A program made the position numbers and the translations under genes. This document shows positions 17,365 to 26,578 of a stretch of DNA of 41,696 nucleotides, in pieces. This DNA comes from Thermoplasmata archaeon (GTDB lineage: Archaea; Thermoplasmatota; Thermoplasmata; Lutacidiplasmatales; UBA184). Every line of letters begins with the position of its first letter. The first letter of the stretch is position 1. The notes under the pieces are model-generated. The model was not told the origin of the DNA and did no database searches. It saw only the letters and a program-made list of their open reading frames with translations. The DNA is taken from NCBI GenBank assembly GCA_030037695.1, contig JASHQF010000040.1, positions 1-41,696 on the forward strand. The letters are read 5' to 3'.

Positions 17365-17522
17365 CGCAGCTTCGCCCAGTCGTACCCGCGGCGTCGCGCC
17401 GTGGCCCCGAAGCCGCACGAGGCGCAGACACCCTTCTGCCGATGGAACGCGTGGCGCCCGCACCGACGGCAGATCACGTGCACGATCTTGCCGCCGCGCC
17501 GAGCCGGAGTCCCCTTGCCCAC
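17361..17522 (-). CDS. rpl37e: 50S ribosomal protein L37e (not in the ORF track)
   Basis: The minus strand reads GTG-GKGTPARRGGKIVHVICRRCGRHAFHRQKGVCASCGFGATARRRGYDWAKLR-TAG, 53 aa with the C4 zinc ribbon of L37e. GGGG lies 5-6 nt upstream. It is directly downstream of the Sm gene, a conserved archaeal pair. Confidence 0.9.
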   Translation of the reverse strand: MGKGTPARRGGKIVHVICRRCGRHAFHRQKGVCASCGFGATARRRGYDWAKLR

Positions 17523-17531
17523 GGTCGCCCC

Positions 17532-17744
17532 CTACGGCGAGACGAAGACGACGGAATCGCCGCGCACGAGGGTGAGCCCCGGCCGGGGGGTCACCGTCTC
17601 GTTGACGACCTCCTCGGCGGAGGAGAGGACGAGGTTGAGGTGCTGGTCGAACGCATCCAGGAGGCCCCGGAACGAGCGGCCCCCCCGAAGCTCCACGAGG
17701 ACCCGCTTGTGGAGCGACTGCTGGAGGGCGTCGAGCGGCTTCAT
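17532..17744 (-). CDS. Sm-like archaeal protein (LSm/SmAP)
   Basis: 70 aa. Sm1 is VLVELRGGRSFRGLLDAFDQHLNLVL and Sm2 is LVRGDSVVFV. Confidence 0.9.
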   Translation of the reverse strand: MKPLDALQQSLHKRVLVELRGGRSFRGLLDAFDQHLNLVLSSAEEVVNETVTPRPGLTLVRGDSVVFVSP

Positions 17745-17772
17745 CGAGGGGAGGGGCCGAGACCGGGTCCGC

Positions 17773-17779
17773 TTCTTAA
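17773..17779 (-). promoter_or_regulatory. TATA-like TTAAGAA (minus strand) for Sm-L37e
   Basis: Lies 28 nt upstream of ATG 17744. It contains the TAA stop of the upstream P-loop kinase gene. Confidence 0.4.
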
Positions 17780-18564
17780 CGGTTCCGAGAACGCCGGCGG
17801 GGGTGCGACCGGCGGGCGTCCCGGCGCGTCGCCCCTCGCGCGGACGGCCCGAGATCGAGGAGGTCGGCGAGCAGCGAACGCGATCGCGCCGGCGCGGGCG
17901 CGCCTACGCACCGGGAGCCCGCGATGCGCGCGATCGTCGCGAGGACCCGCGCCAGGGGCCGGTCGCTGCGGACCTCGCGGTACCGGGGTCCGAGCCGTCG
18001 GCGAACGGCGGTCCGGTAGAATCGTCCTTCGAGGGCTCCGACCGCCGCATGCTGGCCCCGCAAGGACGGAGGGTGCCGCTCGGGGTCCCGGCTCGCGCGT
18101 GCCCGACGGCGACCGGGCGGGCAGACGAGGTAGATCACGAGGTCCGGCACGCCCCACCGTCCGGCGCGTCGCAACCGTTCCGTCTCACGGACGAGCGTCC
18201 GCAACGCCCGGGCCGGCGCGGCCCCGAGCGCGACGAGCCCCCGCGTGTAGGTGAGCGGTCCGAGGAAGCCGGTGTCGGCGAGCACGGTCCTCCCCCGGGC
18301 CGCGAGCGAGCGGGCCTGGCGCCAGCGGCGGGACTCCTCCGCGAGGAGCGCGCGCTCGGTCGCGAGGAGCTCGGCCTCGGTGGGGACGAACAGGCTCGGT
18401 CGAGGTTCGAGCCGATCGTACGCTTCGGCGAGCGGTACCCACCCGGCCGCGCGCGCGAGCGCGGCCGTGGTCGTGCTCTTCCCCGCGCCCGACGCCCCCT
18501 CGAGCGCGACGATCCGGCCCGGCCGACGGCGGCGTCGGGTCGAGGCGGAACGAGCGGCGGGCAC
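17776..18564 (-). CDS. P-loop nucleoside/nucleotide kinase-like protein
   Basis: Walker A is IVALEGASGAGKSTT, and VLADTGFLGP has an Asp in a Walker-B-like position. The size and layout resemble the dNK/Tmk-like kinase fold. The Arg-rich C-terminal ~50 aa are of doubtful significance. Confidence 0.55.
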   Translation of the reverse strand: MPAARSASTRRRRRPGRIVALEGASGAGKSTTTAALARAAGWVPLAEAYDRLEPRPSLFVPTEAELLATERALLAEESRRWRQARSLAARGRTVLADTGFLGPLTYTRGLVALGAAPARALRTLVRETERLRRAGRWGVPDLVIYLVCPPGRRRARASRDPERHPPSLRGQHAAVGALEGRFYRTAVRRRLGPRYREVRSDRPLARVLATIARIAGSRCVGAPAPARSRSLLADLLDLGPSARGATRRDARRSHPRRRSRNR

Positions 18565-18660
18565 GGGGCCGGCGGACGGGAGCGCGAGGGATTACGCTCG
18601 CGGCCCAGCCCCCGGCCGGCCCCCGGGCGAGGTTTTGGGGAACGCCCCCCTCGACGGTGC

Positions 18661-19998
18661 GTGACGGATCCCGTCCGGCCCCATCGGTTCGCGGCCCGGG
18701 TCCTCGACTGGCAGACCCCGGCCGAGATCGCGAGGGAGCTCGAGGCGACCGACAGCGATCCCGAGGGGGTCGGGATCATGGCGCGCAAGGGGAGGATCTA
18801 CCCGGTGCGCCTGGACGACGTCTCCCTGCGGGCCGCCCCGCTGCTGAAGCAGGAGGTCCTCGCGGTCGGCGGCGATTCGGCGCACGCGCGGGGGATCGCC
18901 GACCACTCCGCGGCGTCCTCCCCGGTCGTCCTGATCGCGACCTGGGGCCAGTACCAGCACCTCCTGCCGAAGCTCCGCCGCCAGCCGTTCCGGCTGAGCG
19001 AGCTCGCCGACGAGATCGAGGAGGCCCTCCGGGCGGCGACCGTGCGCGGCCCCCGCACGGTCCGGGGAGCCCATCGCTCGTTCGTCGTCGGGGACCGGCC
19101 CCGCGTCCTCGGCGTCGTCAACGTCACGCCCGACTCGTTCTCGGACGGGGGCCGGTACCTCGAGCCGGCGGCGGCGGTCGCCCAGGCCGAACGCCTCGTC
19201 GCCGAAGGGGCCGATGCGATCGACGTGGGAGGGGAGTCCACGCGCCCCGGGGCCGAGCCGGTGTCGCCCGACGCCGAATGGGGCCGGATCGCCCCGGTGC
19301 TCGAGCGCCTGGCGGGCCGCCTCGCCGTCCCGATCTCGGTCGACACCCGGCACGCGGAGGTCGCGGCGAAGGCGATCGCGGCCGGCGCGGACGTCGTCAA
19401 CGATGTCGAGGGGTTGCGCTCGGAGGCGATGCGGCGGGTCGTCGCCCGCTCGGGGGCCGCGGCGATCGTGCTACATATGCGGGGGGAGCCCCGGACGATG
19501 CAGCAGGAGCTCTCCTACGGGGACCTGCGCGGCGAGCTGTTCCGCGCGCTCCAGGCCGCGACGGACCGAGCGATCGACGACGGCATTCCGGCCGACCGGC
19601 TCCTCGTCGATCCCGGCCTTGGCTTCGGGAAATCCCCGGCGCAGTCGCTCGAGCTCCTGCTCCACCTCGCCGAGCTGCGGAGCCTCGGCTTCCCCGTCGC
19701 GGTCGGCGCCTCGCGTAAGTCGTTCCTGGGCTGGGCCCTGGGCGGGGGAGCCCCGGACGAACGCCTGGAGGCCGGCCTCGCCGCCGCCGTCCTCGCGGCC
19801 GAGCGCGGCGCGGACTGGATCCGGACCCACGACGTGGGGCCGACGGTGCGCGCGCTCGCGCTCGTCGCCCGGGCGCGGGCCCGGTCCGTCGACCGGACCG
19901 AGGCGGACGGAGGGCCGGCCGCGGTCCCCGCTCAGGGCGGGGCGTCGCCCGACCCCGACGTCGGCAGCTCGGTCTCGAAGACGAGCGAGCCGACGTAG
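18661..19998 (+). CDS. folP: Dihydropteroate synthase with ~140-aa N-terminal extension
   Basis: VLGVVNVTPDSFSDGG, ADAIDVGGESTRPGA, ISVDT, VNDV, DPGLGFGK and GASRKSF are the canonical DHPS blocks. GTG 18661 is in frame with track ORF 17401; the upstream part of that ORF is rejected. Confidence 0.85.
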   Translation: MTDPVRPHRFAARVLDWQTPAEIARELEATDSDPEGVGIMARKGRIYPVRLDDVSLRAAPLLKQEVLAVGGDSAHARGIADHSAASSPVVLIATWGQYQHLLPKLRRQPFRLSELADEIEEALRAATVRGPRTVRGAHRSFVVGDRPRVLGVVNVTPDSFSDGGRYLEPAAAVAQAERLVAEGADAIDVGGESTRPGAEPVSPDAEWGRIAPVLERLAGRLAVPISVDTRHAEVAAKAIAAGADVVNDVEGLRSEAMRRVVARSGAAAIVLHMRGEPRTMQQELSYGDLRGELFRALQAATDRAIDDGIPADRLLVDPGLGFGKSPAQSLELLLHLAELRSLGFPVAVGASRKSFLGWALGGGAPDERLEAGLAAAVLAAERGADWIRTHDVGPTVRALALVARARARSVDRTEADGGPAAVPAQGGASPDPDVGSSVSKTSEPT

Positions 19999-20114
19999 TC
20001 GCAGGCGGCGCAGCGGTAGACCTGCCCCACGATCGAGCCCGCGATCAGGGCGATCCTCGGCGAGCCGCACTTCGGGCAGAGCAGGACGGTCCTACCGCGC
20101 GCCCGCCGCCGCAT
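19932..20114 (-). CDS. small Zn-ribbon protein (60 aa)
   Basis: CPKCGS...17 aa...CAACDY is a four-Cys ribbon. The ATG overlaps the gyrA 3' end by 23 nt. The 3' end overlaps the convergent folP tail by 67 nt. Confidence 0.5.
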   Translation of the reverse strand: MRRRARGRTVLLCPKCGSPRIALIAGSIVGQVYRCAACDYVGSLVFETELPTSGSGDAPP

Positions 20115-22725
20115 CGTCCGGCTCCGCCTCGTCCTCGTCGTCCGGCTCGGTGTCGGGAGGAGCGTCGGGCCCGTCGCCCTCTTCCTCCTCGTCCGCGGGG
20201 CCCCCGTCGAGGGCAGGAGGGCCGGGCGCCGGCGGCTCCGCCGCTCGGGGCCCCCCCTCGCCGGCCTCCTCGGCGGGCAGCTCCCGCACCACCGCGTCGC
20301 GCACGAGGTCCCCCTCGTCCAGGCGGATCACCCGGACGCCGAGGGTGTTGCGCGCCTGGGAGCGGATGCCGTGCACCGCGGCCCGGATCGTGATCCCCCG
20401 CTGGGTCGTCACGAGGACCTCGGAGGCGTCGGTGGTCGGGAGGATGGCGACGACGCCGCCGTTCCGCCCGCCGGTCCGGATCGTCCGGACCCCGTGGGCC
20501 CCGCGTCGGGTCCGGCGGTAGTCGTCGGTCGGGCTCCGCTTACCGTACCCCGTCGTCGTGAGGGTGAGCAGGGTCGGGAACCGCGCGCTCGCGGGGGCCA
20601 TCGCGACGACCCGGTCGTCCTTCGCATCGGAGAGCCGCACGCCGATCACCCCGTGCGTCGCCCGGCCCATCGGTCGCAGCTCCGCGAGCGGGAACCGCAC
20701 GAGCTGGCCCGCGAACGTGGCGAGGAGGATCTCCGTCGCCTCGTCCGCGACGAGCGCGACGTCGACGAGCTCGTCCCCCTCCTCGAGGAGGATCGCCTGG
20801 ATCCCGCTCGTCCGGATGTTCTGGTACTGATCGAGCTCGGTGCGCTTCACGAGGCCCCGGCGCGTCGCGAAGACGAGCGAGCCCGGGGCCGCGAGGTCGT
20901 GGAGCGGCAGGAGGGTGCGGACCTTCTCCCCGTCCTTGAGGCGCGGGAGGAGGTTGATCACCGCCTTGCCCTTGGAGTGGCGGCTCCCCTCGGGGAGCTC
21001 GTAGGTCTTGAGACGGTAGACGCGGCCGAGGTTCGTGAGGAACAGCAGCTCGTCGTGCGTCCGGGTGACGAAGGTGCGGATCACGACGTCCTCCTCCTTC
21101 GTCTCCATCTGGACGAGGCCGCGACCGCCGCGCCGCTGCCGGCGGTACTGGTCGAGCGGCAGGCGCTTCACGTAGCCGTCGCGCGTGACGAGGACGACCA
21201 CGTCGGCGTCCGGGATCAGGTCCTCGAGCGAGCGCTCGGTGAACGCGGGGACGAGCCGGGTCCGCCGCGGGTCGGCGAACCGTTGCTTGAGGTCCGCGAG
21301 CTCGTCGGCGATCAGCCGGTCGAGCGCCTTCGGCGAGGCGAGGATCCCCCGGAGCGTCTCGCGGAGCGTCTCCTTCTCCCCCTTCTCCCGCTCGAGCGCG
21401 TCGCGTTCGAGCCCGGTGAGTCGGGCGAGCCGCATGTCGAGGATCGCCTTCGCCTGCTCGGCGGAGAGGAGGAACTTCCCGCGCAGGCTCGCCTCGGCCG
21501 CGGCCGGGTCCCGCGAGCGCCGGAGGATCCGGACGACCTCGTCGATATGGTCGATCGCGGTGAGGAACCCCTCGAGGAGGTGGAGGCGCTCCTCGGTCTT
21601 CCTCAGGTCGAACTCGGTCCGGCGGGTGAGGGTCGTCCGACGGTGCTCGAGATGGATCTCGAGCAGGCCCTTGAGCCCGAGGACGACGGGGCGGCCCCGG
21701 ACGAGGCAGAGGTTGATCACGCCGAAGCTCGTCTCGAGGGGCGTGTGCTCGTAGAGACGGTTGAGCACGATCTCGGCCGGGGCGTCCCGGCGGAGCTCGA
21801 GGACGACGCTCGTCCCCGACCGGTCCGACTCGTCGCGGAGGTCGGTGACCCCGTCGAGCTTCTTCGCCTTCACGAGGTCGGCGATCAGCTCGAGCAGGGC
21901 GACCTTGTTGACCTCGTAGGGGATCTCGGTGATCACGATCTCGTCCTTGCCCCCCCGCTCGCGGATCTCCGCCTTCCCCCGCAGGTGGATCGTGCCGCGG
22001 CCGGTCGCGTAGGCGTCCCGGATCCCCTCGAGCGACGCGAAGCCGCCGGTCGGGAAGTCCGGACCCGGGATCGCGCCCATCAGCTCGTCGAGCGAGGCGT
22101 CCGGGCGTTCCAGCAGGAGCAAGAGGCCGTCGACGACCTCACCGAGGTGGTGGGGCGGCATGCTCGTCGCCATGCCGACCGCGATCCCGGCGGACCCGTT
22201 GACGAGAAGGTTCGGCAGCTTCGACGGCAGGACCGTCGGTTCCTTGAGCGAACCGTCGAAATTGTCGATCCAGTCGACGGTCTCCTTCTCGAGGTCCTGG
22301 AGGCTCTCCTCGGCGAGCGAGGCGAGCCGCGCCTCGGTGTACCGCATCGCGGCGGGGGCGTCGCCGTCGAGGGAGCCGAAGTTCCCCTGGCCGTCGATGA
22401 GCGGGTAGCGTAGGCTGAACGGCTGGGCCATCCGGGCGAGCGCGTCGTAGACGGCGAGGTCCCCGTGGGGGTGGTACTTCCCGAGGACGTCCCCGACGGT
22501 CCTCGCGCTCTTGCGATGCGGCCGGTCGTGGGTCGCTCCGCTCTCCCACATCGACCAGAGGATCCGTCGCTGGACCGGCTTCAGGCCGTCCCGGCCGTCG
22601 GGGAGGGCCCGCCCGACGATCACGCTCATCGCGTAGTCGAGGTACGATCGATGGAGCTCCTCCTCGAGCGGGCGGTCCCGGACCCGGTCGACCGTCGCGG
22701 GCGGGGTCGCCGGGGCCGCGCTCAT
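20092..22725 (-). CDS. gyrA: DNA gyrase subunit A
   Basis: Start at ATG 22723-22725 (MSAAPATPP...). [38 protein letters not shown], the active-site [10 protein letters not shown], and GyrA-box/beta-pinwheel repeats are present, with an acidic C-terminal tail. The upstream 433 codons of track ORF 20092..24024 are a false extension through recJ. Confidence 0.95.
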   Translation of the reverse strand: MSAAPATPPATVDRVRDRPLEEELHRSYLDYAMSVIVGRALPDGRDGLKPVQRRILWSMWESGATHDRPHRKSARTVGDVLGKYHPHGDLAVYDALARMAQPFSLRYPLIDGQGNFGSLDGDAPAAMRYTEARLASLAEESLQDLEKETVDWIDNFDGSLKEPTVLPSKLPNLLVNGSAGIAVGMATSMPPHHLGEVVDGLLLLLERPDASLDELMGAIPGPDFPTGGFASLEGIRDAYATGRGTIHLRGKAEIRERGGKDEIVITEIPYEVNKVALLELIADLVKAKKLDGVTDLRDESDRSGTSVVLELRRDAPAEIVLNRLYEHTPLETSFGVINLCLVRGRPVVLGLKGLLEIHLEHRRTTLTRRTEFDLRKTEERLHLLEGFLTAIDHIDEVVRILRRSRDPAAAEASLRGKFLLSAEQAKAILDMRLARLTGLERDALEREKGEKETLRETLRGILASPKALDRLIADELADLKQRFADPRRTRLVPAFTERSLEDLIPDADVVVLVTRDGYVKRLPLDQYRRQRRGGRGLVQMETKEEDVVIRTFVTRTHDELLFLTNLGRVYRLKTYELPEGSRHSKGKAVINLLPRLKDGEKVRTLLPLHDLAAPGSLVFATRRGLVKRTELDQYQNIRTSGIQAILLEEGDELVDVALVADEATEILLATFAGQLVRFPLAELRPMGRATHGVIGVRLSDAKDDRVVAMAPASARFPTLLTLTTTGYGKRSPTDDYRRTRRGAHGVRTIRTGGRNGGVVAILPTTDASEVLVTTQRGITIRAAVHGIRSQARNTLGVRVIRLDEGDLVRDAVVRELPAEEAGEGGPRAAEPPAPGPPALDGGPADEEEEGDGPDAPPDTEPDDEDEAEPDDAAAGAR

Positions 22726-24116
22726 CCGCCGACCCCCGGGGGCCCGAGCTGCCGACCGATCTCGCGGTTCGCCGCCTCGAGGAACCGATCGCGGGCGCCG
22801 GGCGGGATCGTCGCGCCGCTCGCGACGCGGTGGCCGCCCCCCTCGCCCCCGACCTCGGCGGCCGCGGTGCGCAGCGCGCTCGCGAGATCGAGCCCCCGGT
22901 CGACCTGCTGGCGGAGGCCGCGCCCGCTCACCTTGGTCGGCTCGGTCCCTGCGTCGGAGAAGACGAGCACCGGGAGGTCCGGCGGCAGGAGGTAGTTCAT
23001 GGCGAGCCCGGCCTGGGTCCCCGCGAGCGGTAGCTCGGGGCTCTCGAACCAGCGCAGGGCGCTCATCGAACGGACCCCACCGTCCTCGATCCGGCCGAGT
23101 CCCCGGAGGACCCCGGCGCGCCAGTCCGCCTCGGCCTCGGCGGCCCGGCTCCGCGCCCCGGGGTCCCCGAGGGCGAGCGCGACCCCGACGCCCGGGATGC
23201 CGGCGCGGCCCGCCGCGTTCTGCAGGTTGGAGAGCTCCTCGGCGTCGGTCGCGAGGTCGGGGAGGTACCATCGCTCGCCGCCCACCATGCCGACGAACTC
23301 CGGCAGGACGCCCGCCCCCTCGAGGCGGCGGCGCAACGCCCGTTCGAGGCGCTCGGCGGCGTCGGCCGCGAGCTCCGTCGGCCTCGTCCCGGGCGCGATC
23401 GCCAGCTCGCGGAGGAACGCCTCGGCCGCGTCGGGCCTTCGGGAGAGCCCGCGGACGTACGGGTCGACGCTCCCGGCGAGCGCCTCCCGCAGCGTCGGGC
23501 CGAACAGCGGGAGGCCCCGACGGGGACGCACGAGGGAGCGACGGGCGGCCTCGGCCACGAGCGTGCCGTTGAGGCCCCGGAACCCCCCCACGTGCTGGCG
23601 GTCGTGGATCGCACCGGAGAGGCCCCACGGAGCGTTGTCCCAGTTCGCGGGGTCGAGGAACACCGTGAACAGCCAACTGAGGGTGGCGGCGGAGAGCTCG
23701 GTCGCCCCGTCGACCCCCCAGTCGAGCGGGTTGACGAACGCGACGTGATCGGGGAGGCGCGGGGGTTCGGGGACCCCGGGGTACCGGTGGTGGTCGAGCA
23801 CGATCACCGGGTGGTCGTGCTCGGCGAACCGGTCGAGCCAGCTCGCGCCCGTGTCCGCGACGAGGACCGGTCCGGGGGTCGCCCGGAGCAACGCCGAGAT
23901 CCGCGCGCGCTCGACGCCCGCGAGCGGCGTCGCCTGGGCCGGATACCCGAGCCGCGCGAGCGCCCGCAGGAGCGCGGAGGCGCTCCCGACCCCGTCCCCG
24001 TCGTAGTGGTAGACGACCCGCCAACGGCGCGGGGTCCCGAGCAGGAGGCCCCGTGCGCGCGCGAACTCCTCGCGGTACCGGGGGTGGTCGACGAGCCCGT
24101 CCGGACCCGAGGGCAT
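22722..24116 (-). CDS. recJ: DHH-family RecJ/GAN-like phosphoesterase (nuclease)
   Basis: [11 protein letters not shown] (DHH motifs I/II), VADTG, VLDHH (motif III) and [13 protein letters not shown] (DHHA1 GGGH) are present. The ATG overlaps the rps15 TGA, and the stop overlaps the gyrA ATG (ATGA). Confidence 0.85.
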   Translation of the reverse strand: MPSGPDGLVDHPRYREEFARARGLLLGTPRRWRVVYHYDGDGVGSASALLRALARLGYPAQATPLAGVERARISALLRATPGPVLVADTGASWLDRFAEHDHPVIVLDHHRYPGVPEPPRLPDHVAFVNPLDWGVDGATELSAATLSWLFTVFLDPANWDNAPWGLSGAIHDRQHVGGFRGLNGTLVAEAARRSLVRPRRGLPLFGPTLREALAGSVDPYVRGLSRRPDAAEAFLRELAIAPGTRPTELAADAAERLERALRRRLEGAGVLPEFVGMVGGERWYLPDLATDAEELSNLQNAAGRAGIPGVGVALALGDPGARSRAAEAEADWRAGVLRGLGRIEDGGVRSMSALRWFESPELPLAGTQAGLAMNYLLPPDLPVLVFSDAGTEPTKVSGRGLRQQVDRGLDLASALRTAAAEVGGEGGGHRVASGATIPPGARDRFLEAANREIGRQLGPPGVGG

Positions 24117-24571
24117 CACTCGACCTGGAGCGCGGCGCCGGCGGCAGAGTACCGCCAGCCCTCCGGGATCCGGCGGTGCTGCCGGTAGTAGCGGGCCAGT
24201 CGGCGGATCCGGGCCTCCATCAGCGTGAGACCCCGACGGTTCGACCGGTCGTTCGGGTGGGTTTCGAGGTGGCGCTGCAGGTGGACGACGCGTTTGAGGA
24301 GCGCCTGGAGATCGTCCGGGATCTCGGGCCGTATCCCCTGCTCGGCGAGCAGGGCCCCGAGGCGCCGGCCCGTGACGGCGCGGGAGGACGGAACGGCGTA
24401 GCTGTCGCGCAGGACCTGACCGACCTGCGCGGCCGACCGGCCTCCCTTCGCGAGCTGGACCGCCTGCGCCACGACCTCTTCGGCGGACGCGGTGACCCAC
24501 CCCGGCCGGACGGTCGGGTACGGGCGGTGCGAGCCCGCCTTCCCCTTTCGTCCGGAGTGGATCCTGGACAT
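24116..24571 (-). CDS. rps15: 30S ribosomal protein S15 (uS15; S13e-type)
   Basis: 151 aa. [17 protein letters not shown]...[55 protein letters not shown]. Confidence 0.95.
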   Translation of the reverse strand: MSRIHSGRKGKAGSHRPYPTVRPGWVTASAEEVVAQAVQLAKGGRSAAQVGQVLRDSYAVPSSRAVTGRRLGALLAEQGIRPEIPDDLQALLKRVVHLQRHLETHPNDRSNRRGLTLMEARIRRLARYYRQHRRIPEGWRYSAAGAALQVE

Positions 24572-24595
24572 GGAACGCCGCTGACGAGGGTTCGG

Positions 24596-24602
24596 TACTT
24601 AA
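24596..24602 (-). promoter_or_regulatory. TATA-like TTAAGTA (minus strand) for rps15 operon
   Basis: Lies 24 nt upstream of ATG 24571. Confidence 0.45.
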
Positions 24603-24646
24603 CGGTTCGCCGGACGACGGGTTTTCTCGAGGGCCGGGGGGCCTTC

Positions 24647-24988
24647 CTAGGCGATCCGGTCGGTCTGGTGGACCGCGTCCAGGAGGAACTGCTTGCCCTG
24701 CGCGGTGATGCCGTACCGGGCCGGTCCCCGGACGCGCGGCGTCTTCGGCGAGGGGGCCCCGAGCTCGGCCCGGACGAGCCCGTTGCGCACGAGCAGGCCG
24801 AGGGCGTGGGGCAGCCGGACCCCGCGCTCGTCGACCGCCCAGAACTTCCGCAGGTTCCGCTCGAGATCGTCGAGCGCGAGCGTCTGCTCCCGGGCGTTCC
24901 CCTCGTGGAGCGACTCCGCCCGGTTGAGCTGCTGAAGGATCGCGACGAACGTCGCCCGGACCGGGTCCGGGCCGTCCGGCGCCTCCAT
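24647..24988 (-). CDS. hypothetical winged-helix-like protein
   Basis: 113 aa. The C-terminal LPHALGLLVRNGLVRAE...YGITAQGKQFL resembles a wHTH recognition helix plus wing. A TATA-like box lies upstream. Confidence 0.45.
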   Translation of the reverse strand: MEAPDGPDPVRATFVAILQQLNRAESLHEGNAREQTLALDDLERNLRKFWAVDERGVRLPHALGLLVRNGLVRAELGAPSPKTPRVRGPARYGITAQGKQFLLDAVHQTDRIA

Positions 24989-25014
24989 CGGCCGTGACTC
25001 TGGTCGGTCCCCCT

Positions 25015-25021
25015 ACATAAA
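25015..25021 (-). promoter_or_regulatory. TATA-like TTTATGT (minus strand)
   Basis: Lies 26 nt upstream of ATG 24988. Confidence 0.4.
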
Positions 25022-25075
25022 CTCAGTTCGGCGGGGACGCGGGACCGACGCGGCCGGCGTTCGGGGGCCCGCGCG

Positions 25076-25082
25076 CTTTTAG
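25076..25082 (+). promoter_or_regulatory. TATA-like CTTTTAG
   Basis: Lies 25 nt upstream of ATG 25108, divergent from the box at 25015. Confidence 0.4.
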
Positions 25083-25107
25083 CCGCCGGGAGGCCCTACC
25101 CCCCTCG

Positions 25108-25416
25108 ATGGCCTGCACCTGCCGCAGTCCCGCCCGCTGCCCGGTCTGCAACGCCCAGGTGCGGGTCCCCCTCTCCAACCTCGAGAACGCCGCCGGTGCG
25201 GCGATCCTGGTCGACCGGTTCGCGCGGCGCGACTCGTCCTCCTCGCGCGAGGGCCTCCGGCGCCTGATCGAGGGGACCGCGACCTGCCCGGCGTGCGGCC
25301 ACTCGATCTACTTCGAGCATTCCCGGATCTGCGTATCGAGCGCCCTCACGAGCGCGGGGGTCCCCCCGATGGAGCGCGAGGCGATCCTCGCCCGGATCAC
25401 GTTCCCCGAGGCGTAG
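25108..25416 (+). CDS. hypothetical Cys-rich (CPVC...CPACGH) zinc-binding protein
   Basis: 102 aa with two CxxC pairs 60 residues apart. Lies 13 nt upstream of trpS. Confidence 0.4.
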   Translation: MACTCRSPARCPVCNAQVRVPLSNLENAAGAAILVDRFARRDSSSSREGLRRLIEGTATCPACGHSIYFEHSRICVSSALTSAGVPPMEREAILARITFPEA

Positions 25417-25429
25417 CGGACCCACAGCG

Positions 25430-26578
25430 ATGCCCGGGCCCGAGGAGTTCGTCGTCACCCCCTACGAGGTCCGGGGCCGGATCGATTACGACAAGCTGCG
25501 CGAGCAGTTCGGCACCCAGGCGATCACCGCCGAGCTCCTCGCGCGGCTCCGCCGGCTCGCCGGAGGCGAGCTCTCCCCGCTGCTCGCCCGGGGGATCTAC
25601 TACTCCCATCGGGACCTCGGCGCGCTCCTGGACGGGTTCGAGCACGGGCGGCCGTTCTTCCTGTACTCGGGACGCGGGCCGTCCGGCCCCCTGCACACCT
25701 CGCACCTCGTGCAGTTCGAGCTGTGCCGCTGGATCCAGGAGCGTTTCCGCGTCCCGATGTACATCCAGATCACCGACGACGAGAAGTTCTGGGCCCGCAG
25801 CGGGCTCTCCCGCGAGGAGATCGCCCGCTGGGGGCTCGAGAACCTCTACGACATCCTCGCCCTCGGCTTCGATCCGAAGCGCACGCACGTCTTCTTCGAC
25901 TCCCGCTCGATCGCGGCGCTCTATCCGCTCGCGATCCGGGTCGCGCGGAAGATCCCGTACTCCACGGTGAAGGCGGTCTTCGGCTTCGAACCGTCGACGA
26001 ACATCGGTCTCGTCTTCTACACCGCCCTCCAGTCGGTCCCGTGCTTCTGGCCGTCCTGGGCCGAGGGGAAGGAGGTGCCCTGCCTCATCCCCTGCGGCGT
26101 CGACCAGGACCCTCACTTCCGCGTGACGCGCGACGTCGCCGAGGGGCTCGGCTACCCGAAGCCGGCGCTCCTCCACAGCCAGATGATCCCCGCGCTCACC
26201 GGCGACGGGGCGATGTCGACGACGGGGAGCCCGGCCGACGCGGCCCTCTTCCTGGACGACCCTCCCGCGGTCGTGGAGCGGAAGGTCCGCAACGCGTTCA
26301 CGGGGGGCCGGGCGACCGTCGAGGAGCAACGGCGGCTCGGGGCGACCCCCGAGATCTGCTCGATCTGGGCGCTCTGGCGGACGCGGTTCGCCGAATCGGA
26401 GGCGAAGTTCCAGGAGGTCACCGCGGGCTGCCGCTCGGGGTCGCTCCTCTGCGGCGAGTGCAAGGCGTCGCTGCTCGAGAGGATCCGACCGTTCCTGCGC
26501 ACCCACGCCGAGGCGCGCGAGCGGACCAAGGCCTGGGCCGAGTCGACGATCGTGACCGAGGCCCCGCGGCCCCTCTAG
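25430..26578 (+). CDS. trpS: Tryptophan--tRNA ligase, archaeal/eukaryal type
   Basis: FFLYSGRGPSGPLHTSHL (HIGH region), YIQITDDEKF, PCGVDQDPHFRVTRD, TGGRATVEEQRRLGATPEICS and GSLLCGECK are present. The KMSKS-equivalent reads GAMSTT. Confidence 0.9.
   Translation: MPGPEEFVVTPYEVRGRIDYDKLREQFGTQAITAELLARLRRLAGGELSPLLARGIYYSHRDLGALLDGFEHGRPFFLYSGRGPSGPLHTSHLVQFELCRWIQERFRVPMYIQITDDEKFWARSGLSREEIARWGLENLYDILALGFDPKRTHVFFDSRSIAALYPLAIRVARKIPYSTVKAVFGFEPSTNIGLVFYTALQSVPCFWPSWAEGKEVPCLIPCGVDQDPHFRVTRDVAEGLGYPKPALLHSQMIPALTGDGAMSTTGSPADAALFLDDPPAVVERKVRNAFTGGRATVEEQRRLGATPEICSIWALWRTRFAESEAKFQEVTAGCRSGSLLCGECKASLLERIRPFLRTHAEARERTKAWAESTIVTEAPRPL

Noticed and set aside
17401-18660. N-terminal 420 codons of track ORF 17401..19998, and similarly 37010..38110 of ORF 37010..39667
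   Set aside because: These regions run antisense through L37e, Sm and the P-loop kinase (first case) or through the methyltransferase 5' end and the CHAD gene (second case). The real folP and ppx products begin at internal GTGs preceded by TATA-like boxes.
20371-22413. 680-aa plus-strand ORF antisense to gyrA, and the 433-codon N-terminal extension of the gyrA track ORF (22726..24024)
   Set aside because: The antisense ORF is low-complexity. The extension overlaps the recJ-like gene in another frame, and gyrA has a canonical N-terminus starting at ATG 22725.
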